Shown here piece after piece: positions 39,740-50,800 of a stretch of 64,000 nucleotides of DNA. The notes below the pieces were generated by a model. That model was not told the DNA's origin. It ran no database searches and saw nothing but the letters and a program-made list of their open reading frames with translations. Source of the stretch: Vitiosangium sp. GDMCC 1.1324 (GTDB taxonomy: Bacteria > Myxococcota > Myxococcia > Myxococcales > Myxococcaceae); assembly GCF_003044305.1 (NCBI RefSeq), contig NZ_PZOX01000005.1, positions 387,493 through 451,492 on the forward strand. Reading direction: 5' to 3'. The stretch's first letter is position 1; every line of letters begins with the position of its first letter. Both the position numbers and the translations under genes were made by a program.

Positions 39740-40876
39740 TCAGGCCGCCCGGGAGGGGCCCGCGGACTCGAAGGCCTCGGAGAAGGGCTCCTCCTCGTCC
39801 CCGGAGTCCAGCACCGGCTCGAAGAACGGGGGGATGGACTGGGGCACCGGCTCGTGCTCGGCGATGAGGTTGGCCGGCACCAGCACTCCCTGGGCGTAGA
39901 GATACGTCACCACCTCCAGGGTCGTGACCTCCGGCAGGCCGCACTCCAGGAGGACGACGTGCACGGTGCGCTGGCCATCGAAGAGCCGGATGACCTGGCC
40001 CACGTCGTCGGGCAGGGACTTGAGCATGTCCGCCAGCCGCTTGAAGTCCACCACGAGGCGGGCGGACAGGGGGATGCCCAGGGTGCACAGGGCCGCGAAG
40101 CGCTCGGCGGCCGGCAGGAGCAGCGAGGCGTAGATCTTCAGGTTGAGGAAGAGCTTGCCCTCGGCGAGCGCCTCCGCGAACGAGACGGCGTAGGCGCCCG
40201 AGCCGAAGAGCAGCAGGCGGCGGATGGCGGTGAGACCGCGCTCGCCCTCGAAGGAGGCGTCCACCACGTGGCCCTGGCGGAAGGAGAGCCAACCCGTGTT
40301 GTCGCGCAGCTCGATGCGGCCGGCGCGCGAGCCGCACAGCAGCGCATGGAGCACCTGGGCCAGGGGCATGCGAGCGGTATGGGCCTCGTAGGCGGGGGCG
40401 AAGGCGCTGCGGCCGGCCTTCAGACGGGCGAGCGACACCACGACCTGCGGGGGCACGGGCTGGAGCAGGTAGTCGTCGGCGCGGACGGCGTCGGCGCGCT
40501 CGCGGTGGTGGGGCGCCTCGTGGTGCGAGAGCAGGTACACCGGGAGGTGCTCGGTGCGAGCGTCGGCGCGCAGCCGCTCGCAGAAGGTGAAGCCGTCCAT
40601 GCCGTCCCCGGTGGCCTCGACGGGGGCGAGGACGAGGTGTGGCAAGGGGCGGCCCTCGCCCAGCTCCCCGAGGATGTCCTCGATGGCCGGGGCGGCGATC
40701 ACCTCGAAGCCGGCACCGACCAGACCCAGGGCGAGCGAAGCGCGGACGTCCTTGTCGGACTCGACGAGCAGGACGCGGGGGCGGAACCGGTGGGAGCGCC
40801 GCCGGGGGCTGACGTCGGCGGAGGCGGAGGTAGGGGCGGGCTCGAGGACGGTGGCTCGGGACGTGCTGTCGGCCAT
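39740..40876 (-). CDS. response regulator receiver domain fused to DUF4388
   Basis: REC domain (RVLLVESDKDVRASLALGLVGAGFEV...) followed by a C-terminal DUF4388-like segment. Confidence 0.7.
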   Translation of the reverse strand: MADSTSRATVLEPAPTSASADVSPRRRSHRFRPRVLLVESDKDVRASLALGLVGAGFEVIAAPAIEDILGELGEGRPLPHLVLAPVEATGDGMDGFTFCERLRADARTEHLPVYLLSHHEAPHHRERADAVRADDYLLQPVPPQVVVSLARLKAGRSAFAPAYEAHTARMPLAQVLHALLCGSRAGRIELRDNTGWLSFRQGHVVDASFEGERGLTAIRRLLLFGSGAYAVSFAEALAEGKLFLNLKIYASLLLPAAERFAALCTLGIPLSARLVVDFKRLADMLKSLPDDVGQVIRLFDGQRTVHVVLLECGLPEVTTLEVVTYLYAQGVLVPANLIAEHEPVPQSIPPFFEPVLDSGDEEEPFSEAFESAGPSRAA

Positions 40877-41104
40877 GGGAACCTCCTGGAGCGCCGGTCC
40901 TGGGGTGAGACCGGACCTCACTGTCAGTGAAAAACTATAAGATTCCGGGAAAAAAGACTACCGGGAAACGTATGTACGCCCAGATATAGCCGAGAGGAGG
41001 GCCACGTCGAAAGCCAAACACCTGAAATTGTTGGGTAACGGGCAAGCGAGAGGGCAAGGAAACGCTCGACGGGCGAGGGGGCGAGGCGACAAAGTGGGCG
41101 GCCT

Positions 41105-41791
41105 ATGACGCGACTGATGCTGGTGTGGGCGCTCATGCCGCTCGCGGCGGTGGCGCAGGAGACGAAGGCGCAGCAGGCCCCGACGTCCGAGGCGGTGAGG
41201 CAGGAAGCGAAGCGGGAGAACTTCGGGGCGGTGGTGGCGCCGGCGGCGCTGCCGGACGGGGCGACGGCGATCTCCGGGTGGGTGGGAGTGCCGGAGGTAG
41301 GGGTGGCGTATCGCCAGGGGACGGCGGGCTGGGAGATTGGGGCGAGGGCGCGCTTCGACTATCTGCGGCTGGCGGTGACGGCGGAGGCGGTGGCGAGGCA
41401 CCAGGTGTGGACGGACACGGAGAAGTGGACGGTGGCGGCGGAGCTGGGACTCGGGGTGACGGGGAACACGGGGAGCCGGTACTTCGACGAGAAGAACCTG
41501 GAGGGATGGTTCCTGAGGCTGAACCCGGCACTGGTCGCGAGCTGGAAGGCGGCGGAGACGGTGACGGCGGTGGGGCTGGTGGAGGTGCCGTACGACCTGG
41601 GACTGAGCCCGAGCGGGACGTGGCGGGTGAAGCCGATGGCGGGAGGAGGGGCGGAGATCTACCTGGGCGAAGACCTGTCGCTGTCCGCGGTGGGCGAGCT
41701 GGGAGTGGACGTGTTCAAGGAACTGCGAGGGGTGACCCAGACGCGACTCGGTTACGGGGTGCGCCTGGGCCTGGGACTGCGTCTCTTCTGA
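41105..41791 (+). CDS. outer-membrane beta-barrel protein
   Basis: Signal peptide (LMPLAAVAQE), alternating amphipathic strands, and a C-terminal ...LGLGLRLF. Confidence 0.6.
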   Translation: MTRLMLVWALMPLAAVAQETKAQQAPTSEAVRQEAKRENFGAVVAPAALPDGATAISGWVGVPEVGVAYRQGTAGWEIGARARFDYLRLAVTAEAVARHQVWTDTEKWTVAAELGLGVTGNTGSRYFDEKNLEGWFLRLNPALVASWKAAETVTAVGLVEVPYDLGLSPSGTWRVKPMAGGGAEIYLGEDLSLSAVGELGVDVFKELRGVTQTRLGYGVRLGLGLRLF

Positions 41792-41804
41792 GTCGAGCCC
41801 GAGC

Positions 41805-42041
41805 TCACCACTCCGGAATGGGAGTGACACGAGGAGTGCCCAGGAGCTCCAAAGTGCGCAAAGCGACCTGAATCAGCGTCTGGGCACAAGGCTCACACCC
41901 GCCGCCACAACAGCGGGGCCAATGACCCTCGGGGTTGCGCAGGAGGGGCCTGACACAGGCCTCGTAGTACGAGGGGAAGGACAGCTCCTCGCTGGCGCGG
42001 CGGAGTGCGGAATCCATCTGCTCTTCGGTGAAGTCAGCCAC
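41805..42041 (-). CDS. small oxidoreductase-like (Oxidored-like) Cys-motif protein
   Basis: CCGGGCEPCAQ resembles the CCGSGCxxC motif of the Oxidored-like N-terminal family. Confidence 0.4.
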   Translation of the reverse strand: MADFTEEQMDSALRRASEELSFPSYYEACVRPLLRNPEGHWPRCCGGGCEPCAQTLIQVALRTLELLGTPRVTPIPEW

Positions 42042-42159
42042 GATCCTATTTTAATCATACCGGGGCTCGCCGCTCGACAGGGCCATTCCCCTCGAAGGAG
42101 TTCTTGCCCTGAAACCTGCGCGCGGCTAATTGCGCTGTGCGTTCGCGAAGAGAGCGAGG

Positions 42160-43569
<1,410 letters not shown>

Positions 43570-43577
43570 CAGCGATT

Positions 43578-43607
43578 CCCCCCTCCAGAGTGGTTTCTGG
43601 AGGGGGG
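43578..43607. terminator. bidirectional intrinsic terminator-like hairpin between asnS and the M24 peptidase
   Basis: Perfect 12-bp stem cccccctccaga/tctggagggggg with a 6-nt loop, 9 nt after the asnS stop. Confidence 0.6.
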
Positions 43608-43642
43608 TCATCCGTTGTAGCCGTCGCCGACTCCCGCGCGAC

Positions 43643-44845
43643 CTAATCGAGCTCGAAAATCTTCTGCGGGAACTTGTGGAGCTTCTCGGCCACCCCCTTC
43701 TCACCGACCAGGAAGTTGTCACATACCCAGGTGTATGTGCTCGCCGTGGCGTAGGTGGGATGGACGACGATGTTCATGCTCTTCTGGATGGGCATGGTTT
43801 CATCGAACCGGATGAGGGGCCGTTCCACCATGTCGTAGCCCTGTCCATGACAGTGCAACCGCTTTTCCTCGGGCCTGCCATTCTTGCGCATGAACGCGTT
43901 GTAGGACTCGAATATCTCCTTGCACGAAGCACCGGGCTTGAGCTGATTGAGAACGACCTTCTGCGCTTCCAGGACGAAGGCAAATTCGTCCTTCATTTCC
44001 TGGGAGGCCTTGCCCAATACACAGGTCCGGCCCAACTCGGTGTAGAGCCCGCCGGGTCCGTTGTTCTCTATCAGCAGGGTGAACTGGTCCCCCTTCTGGA
44101 TCACCCGGTTCTGCAGGTGGCGGCTGCCAAACACCGCTGACACCCCGACCGGAGCCGACGAACTCAGGAACAACCCCTGCTCGCTGCCCAGGCTGTGTCC
44201 GACCTGTTCGGCGATGGCGGCCACTTCCAGGTCTCGCATTCCGGGCTTGATCGCCTTGAACACGGCTTCCATGGCCACGTCCTGCATGGCGGCGGTGCGT
44301 CGAATGAGCGTCAGCTCCTCTTCGCTCTTGATCGACTTGATCCGATCGACCATGTCGGAGGCATCCACGAACTTCGCCTTGGAGAGCTTGCCTCGCTTGA
44401 GGTAGTCCACCAGGGCAAAAGACATGGCGGCCGTTCCCAGGAGGCCCACCGTCGCTCCGGCGAAACGCCCGAGCGCCTCTTCCGCGAGCGCTGCATCGTA
44501 TTCAGCGGTGTAATACGCGGAAGCGTAGCTCGGCGAGCCCAGGAATCGTGCGGTGCCACGACGCAGACCATCCCCTTCCGGAGGCAGTTCCCGCACCAGG
44601 CCAAACGCGCCCTGTGCGACCACCGTCATCCGATCGTCCTTCGGGAAGATCACGGTCACCGGGTAGCCGTTGGCCGCCGGCACATCGGTGAAGTATTTGA
44701 CGTACCCCCCCATGAAGTCGTTGTTGGCCTGCATCAACAGCACGTCGATGCGGTGTTCGGCCATCGCGGCCCGCACGGCCGCCCAGCGCCGCTCCAACTC
44801 CGCCGTGGAGATGGCTGTGTTTATCCGCTCAGACATGTCAACCAT
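43643..44845 (-). CDS. M24-family metallopeptidase (Xaa-Pro aminopeptidase/creatinase-like)
   Basis: Creatinase_N-like N-domain plus a pita-bread C-domain with metal ligands (HCHGQGYD, EN..). Lies 34 nt downstream of the NRPS TE gene on the same strand. GC ~56%. Confidence 0.8.
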   Translation of the reverse strand: MVDMSERINTAISTAELERRWAAVRAAMAEHRIDVLLMQANNDFMGGYVKYFTDVPAANGYPVTVIFPKDDRMTVVAQGAFGLVRELPPEGDGLRRGTARFLGSPSYASAYYTAEYDAALAEEALGRFAGATVGLLGTAAMSFALVDYLKRGKLSKAKFVDASDMVDRIKSIKSEEELTLIRRTAAMQDVAMEAVFKAIKPGMRDLEVAAIAEQVGHSLGSEQGLFLSSSAPVGVSAVFGSRHLQNRVIQKGDQFTLLIENNGPGGLYTELGRTCVLGKASQEMKDEFAFVLEAQKVVLNQLKPGASCKEIFESYNAFMRKNGRPEEKRLHCHGQGYDMVERPLIRFDETMPIQKSMNIVVHPTYATASTYTWVCDNFLVGEKGVAEKLHKFPQKIFELD

Positions 44846-44878
44846 CGGTTGTCTCCGTTTCCAGTTCAGGAGCCCTAC

Positions 44879-47800
44879 CTATCCCCTGGCCTGCTCCGCA
44901 CTCCGCGCGGCTCCGGTACTGTCCAGGACCGACTGCAAGCGATCCACGAGCTCTCCCAGGTGGGGCTCCCGCAACATCGTGGAATGCGAACCCGAAACCT
45001 CGATGCTCTCGAAAGGCCCCTGCACGAGCCGCTCCCACGCCGGTTGCAACCCGGCGACGGAAGAGGACGCCGCGGGGAGCCCGGACAAGAGCTCTTCGCG
45101 CGCCCGTAGCGTGGTCATCTTCAGGGAACACGGTTTCGGCGCGTAGCCCAGGATGGCTCGTGCGTTGCGCTCGAAATCGCCGAACATCCGCGAGAACGCG
45201 GTGAGGTCGAGATCCTTCTCACCCGCCGCTCGCGCCTGCTCGTGGACGTGCCGCAGCCTGTCCTCCGGCGTCATCTCCTCCAGGAGCAATCGATCCAGGC
45301 GCGCCACCAGCTCGGCACCGCCCACGTCGGCCGCGAACCACAAGAGGATGCCAACGTCGTCGGAGCAATAGTGGTAGGCCTCTGGCGTCCAGCTGTCGAT
45401 CAGGATCAGGTGCTCGACGCTCTCCCCGCTCTCACGCAACTGGCGCGCCATCTCGTAGGCGAAGATTCCTCCCGTGGACCAGCCTCCGAGCAGATAGGGC
45501 CCCCGCTCCTGGACGGAGCGGATCTGCTCGATGTACTTCGCCACCCTCTTCTCGAGGGTCTCGGTGTCACTGTCGCCGAGGCCCGCGGCACGCAGCGCAT
45601 AGATCGGGCGGCCCTCCCCGAGGCGGTTTGCCAGGGGGACGTAGCAGTTCACGTCGCCACCGGTCGGGTGCATCAAGAAGAGAGGCGCCGCGCTTCCCCC
45701 TTCCCGGAGCGCAATGAGCGGCGTCTGCGGCGCGGCGGGGGGCCGGCCCTCACCCAGGACCATGGCCAGACTCTCAATCGTATCCCCGGTCAGGAGGCTC
45801 GAGATGTGGAAGTCCTGTGCGAATTCCTTGCGGATGCGCGCCATCAACCGGACCGCCAGCAAGGAGTGGCCGCCGAGATCGAAGAAGCTGTCCTGAACAC
45901 CAATGGGACGCCTCTGCAACAACTCCTCCCATATCCGCGTCAGGCGTACCTCGGTCGGAGTACGGGGCGCCACATACTTCGAGGTCGTGCTCTGGAGATT
46001 CTCCAGCGCCGGCAACGCTGCCCGGTTCACCTTCCCGTTCGCGGTCCTCGGGAATTCGTCGAGCAGGACGAACGCAGAGGGAATCATGGGGGAAGGGAGC
46101 CGCTTCTTGAGGAACGCGGCAATCTCCTCGGAAGAAGGCCGCACCTTGCCCGGCACCGTGGACGTCATGTAGGCGATGAGACGCTTGTCACCCGAATCGT
46201 CATCCCGGGCGACCACGACGGCATCCTGAATGCTTTCGTGCTCGGTCAGGTTCCGCTCGATCTCCTCGGCTTCGATCCGGTGGCCACGAATCTTCAGTTG
46301 CTGATCGGCGCGCCCGAAGAACTTGACGTCGCCGTTCGGCAGGAAGCACGCCTGGTCTCCGGTGCGGTACATGCGCGCCCCTGGATGAGTGCTGAAGGAA
46401 TCCGGGAGGAAGCGCTCCGAGGTCAGGGTCGGCCGGTTGTGGTAGCCGCGGGCCACGCCCTCACCACCAATGTAGAGCTCTCCGGTGACTCCGGCCGGTA
46501 CGAGCTGGCGGTTCGAGTCGAGGATATAGAACTGCGTGTTGGCAATCGGCTTGCCGATCGTGATCGCGGCGTCGCTCTCCACGCGGGCGGTGGACGACCA
46601 GATGGTCGTCTCCGTTGGACCGTACATGTTGTGGATCTCGCACGGCAGCGAGGAGAGATCCTTCACCAGGGCGGGCGGCAGCGCCTCACCCCCCAGCATC
46701 AGCATCCGCAGGCCATGGAGTGCCTCGAAGGTCTCGGAATCCATCGCCAGCATCCGAGCCATCGACGGCGTGCACTGGAGGTGGGTGACGCGGTGGCGCC
46801 GGATCTGCTCGGCGATCGAATCGCCTGCCTCGCTCGGCTCATTGCTGAGCTCCCGCAGCCGATTCAAGTACGTGAGGTTGGCCAGGACATCCCGGGTATC
46901 GACGCCGAAGTCGATCAGGCAGGCAACCTCATCGACCCCGATGGCCTTCAGGCGGTCGATAATAGGGAGACACGACTCGGGCGTCCCGAAGAGGCCGATG
47001 TTCCCGAAGAAGCGATCCACGGCCTTGGACAGCAGGAAGTCCATATCCTCCTTGGACAGGCTTTCGAACGAGGTCGTCCCCGCGAGTTGCCCCAGAGCGG
47101 CTTTCATCAGGTCCGCGGAGCACCTCAGGTACTCGGCGAGCGGACCGGGGACCTTGCGCCGCACGTAGTCTTCGTCGTGAGCGACGAAGGTGTGCATCAT
47201 CAACGCGATGTGGCCCTGGCCCGGGTGGCCCGCCTCCGCCCACGCCTCGCGGTAGAGCTTCAGGTTCTTCTCCAGCCCCTCGATGTCCTGTCCGAGGAGG
47301 TGGGTCAGAAGCCCGGCGCCGCGCTGCCCCGCCAGCCGGTAGGTCTCCGGGTTGCCCGCCGCGGTGAGGAAATACGGCAGCTCCGCCTGAATGGGACGGG
47401 GCAAGGTCCTGACCTTCGCCTCCTGCCCCGCGCCGCCCGGGAAGTCGAGCGTCTCCCCGCGCCAGAGCCTGCGCACGGTGTCGATCCCCTCGAGCAGGAG
47501 CCGTCTCCGCTCCGCGTAGTTCTGCGGCATGAGCGCGAAGTCGTTCGCGTGCCAGCCGGACGCGAAGGAGAGCGCGACCCTGCCGTTCGAGAGGTTGTCG
47601 ACGATCGACCACTCCTCGGCCACCCGGATGGGGTTATGCAGCGGAATGACGACGCTTCCGGCCCGGAGCTGGATCCGCTTCGTGGCCATGGCGATCGCCG
47701 CGCTCACGACGGACGGGTTGGGGTACGGGCCACCGAAGTCATGGAAGTGCCGCTCCGGCGTCCACACGGCCGTGAAGTCGTTCTGATCGGCGAACCTGGC

Positions 47801-50800
47801 TCCCTCCATCAGGATCTCATAGGAGTTGTCACCGCCGGCGGCGCTCGCGAAATAGAACAGGCTGAAGTCGATGCCTCTGTCGGCCTGTCCGCTGGCCTTC
47901 GGGGCCCGGGACCGGGAAACCGTCGGCGCGAGCTGCCTCGTGTTCTGGATCACGACCCGGAAGCCCCGAGCGAGCGTCCAGAACAGTTCGAGCACGGAGA
48001 TGTCGAACGAGATGCTCGTGACGGCGAGCCAGGTTCCCACGTCGCCGCCGAGGCGCTCGTCCATCCCGGCGAAGAAATTCACGACGTTGCGGTGGGAGAC
48101 CTCGGTGCCCTTCGGTTTCCCGGTGGAGCCCGAGGTGTACAGGATGTAGGCAAGGTGGTTGCTGCGAACGCCCGAGACAGGGTTCGCGATCGACTCTCGT
48201 GCGAGCGACTCCCGGTCCGAGTCGAGGCGAATCCTCTTCACGGGTGCTGCCGCCAGCGTCCGAGGGGCTCCCTCGCCCATGACGAGGACCTTCGCGCCCG
48301 AATCCTCGAGCATGAACGCCAGCCGGTCCTCAGGGTAGCCCGGATCCAACGGGACGTACGCCCCACCCGCCTTGAGGATGCCGAGCAGTCCCACCATCAT
48401 GTCGATGGAGCGATCGATGCAGATGGCGACGAGGACCTCCGGCCCCACCCCCAGCGATTTCAGGCGGTGCGCGAGCTGGTTCGCGCGAGCATTGAGCTCC
48501 GCGTATGTGAGCTGCTCCTTCTGGAAGATCAGCGCCACGGCGTCCGGGGTCCGCTTCACCTGCGCCTCGAACAACTCGTGAACGCACGTGCCCCGCGCAT
48601 ACTCCACCGCGGTGTCGTTCCACTCCACCATGAGCTGGTGTCGCTCCTCGGCGCTCAAGAGCGAAATCTCCGAGACCCGGAGCTTGGACACATCGACGAG
48701 CGGGCGCGCCGGATCACCTTCGAGCTTCTCGAGAATCGCGGTGAAGTACCGCACGTAGCGCTCGATCGTCTCCTGCTTCCACAGCGCTCCGCTGTACATG
48801 AAGAGGAACTCCAACTCTCCACCGGCCTCGGTGACCTCCAGGTTGAGGTCGTACGGCGTGGCCCTGCGCATCATCGGGCGTTCGGTCAACGTGAGCCCGG
48901 GCAGCTGGATCGCCCCCCGCTCCTCCGCCTGCTCGTAGGAGAACATGACGTCGAAGAACGGGTTGTACCCATGGCCGCCCCCCTTCAGACGCTGGAGGAT
49001 GACGCCCAACGGGAAGTCCTGGTGCTCGTTCGCCTCGAGGCAACGCCGCTTCACCTCGGCGAGGAGCTCGGCGAATGTGGCGTCAGCGGAGACCGCGACC
49101 CGCACCGGGAGCGCGTTGACGAACATTCCCACAGCATCCTCGAAGCCCCCACGCTGGCGCCCGTTCTGTGCCGTGCCAATGGTGATGTCGTGCTGCCCCG
49201 TGAGCCGCTGCAACAGCGTGTGGCAGGCCGAGAAGAGGAGCATGTAGAGCGACACGCCATGCTCGCGTGCCCGCTTCCGCAGGAGCCGCGCCGAGCGGCG
49301 CACGCGAACCTCTCCGCCCTCGAAGCACTGCACCGCGGGCCGCGGGAAGTCGAGCCCCAGCTCGAGGCGCGGCACCTCATCCGATAGGCGGTCACGCCAG
49401 TAGCGTTCCTGTGCCGCGGAGGCCTCGCTGAGCAGGAACTCCCGCTCCCACGTGGCATGCTCGCGGCCCTGCTTGACCACGGGAGGGAGTGCCTCGCCTT
49501 TGTACAGCGCCACGAGCTCCCGGACCACGATCGAGCCCGTGGTGCCGTCAGAGGTGATGTGGTGCAGGTCGATGGCCAGCACGTGCCGCTCTTCCGCCAC
49601 CCGGAGCAGTCCTGCTCGGAAGAGAGGGGCGCTCGAGAGGGTGAAGGGCCGGATGAACTGCTGAAGCCATCCGTCGATGTCCCCGTCCACGGCGCGTTCG
49701 AGCTCGAATGGGACCGTCGGATGGACGCGCTGGACGAGCCGACCGTCGTCGCACAGCACGAAAGAGCTGCGCAGGGCTTCGTGCCGCCGGATGATCTCCC
49801 GGAAGCACGCCTCCAGGCGGACGTTATCCAGCGCGCCGTGGATCTCCCAGGCACCGTAGAGGTGATAGGCCAACTCCCCGTCCGGGAACTGGCACTGGAA
49901 GTAGAGCCCCCGTTGGATGGAGGACGTCGGGTATTCCACCACCGCGGTCAGGTCGTTCGCCGCCGAGGGCGTCGAAGCGGCGGTCGGGGCCACGTCACCA
50001 GAGCCGAGCCGCGGTGAAGGCGGCGGCGCGAATCCGGCCGCCATCATCTCGTCGATGCACTCCTTCAGCGCCGTGACGAACAGACGGATGTCGTCATCCG
50101 TGTGGGCAGTGGAGAGATAGAGGTTTCGGCCCTCCCACACATAGACGCCCTTGCACAGGAGCCGGTGATAGAGGAGCTCCCAGTCGCCCTTGAGCTCGAT
50201 GCGGAACAGCGAGCCGAAGTGCACGAAGCGCACGGGCGCGCCGACCCGCTCGCAATGCTCGTTGAGCTCCCGCACGATCGCGGCCGTCCGCTCGTTGAGC
50301 CGCTCCTGCAGCCCGGCCCCCTCGCTCCGGAGGTGCCGCAACACCGCGCCCGCCGCTGCCAGCGATAGCGGATGGTGGCAGAAGGTTCCAGCGACGAAGG
50401 TGTTCTGCACCTTGGGATACGAGTCGTCGCCAAAGCGCCAGGCGCCACCGTCCACGGCATCCATGAACCGCTGAGTACCGGCCACGATGCCGATCGGCAG
50501 CCCGCCTCCGATGATCTTGCCGTAGGTGACGAGATCCGCGTGGACGCCGAAGTGCGCCTGGGCGCCTCCCGGGCCAATGCGGAAGCCGGTGATGACCTCG
50601 TCGAAGATCAGGGCCGCCCCCGCATCCGCGGTGATACGGCGCAGCTCGTGGAGGAAGCTCCGAGGCTGGAGATCGGGACGTCGGCTCTGCACGGGCTCCA
50701 CCAGCACCGCCGCGAGCTCCGAGGCGCATCCGCGAATCGCCTCGAGCGAGGCAGGATTGCCGTACTCGAGCACCAGGATGTCGGAGACCGTGCCTCGGGT

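Noticed and set aside
45242-49387. 1381-aa + strand ORF (and similar 54985..58572, 58612..62487, 52889..55015, 50372..52633 + ORFs)
   Set aside because: They are antisense to clearly recognisable PKS/NRPS domains on the minus strand. Their translations are Arg/Ala/Gly/Pro-rich low complexity, typical of high-GC antisense frames.
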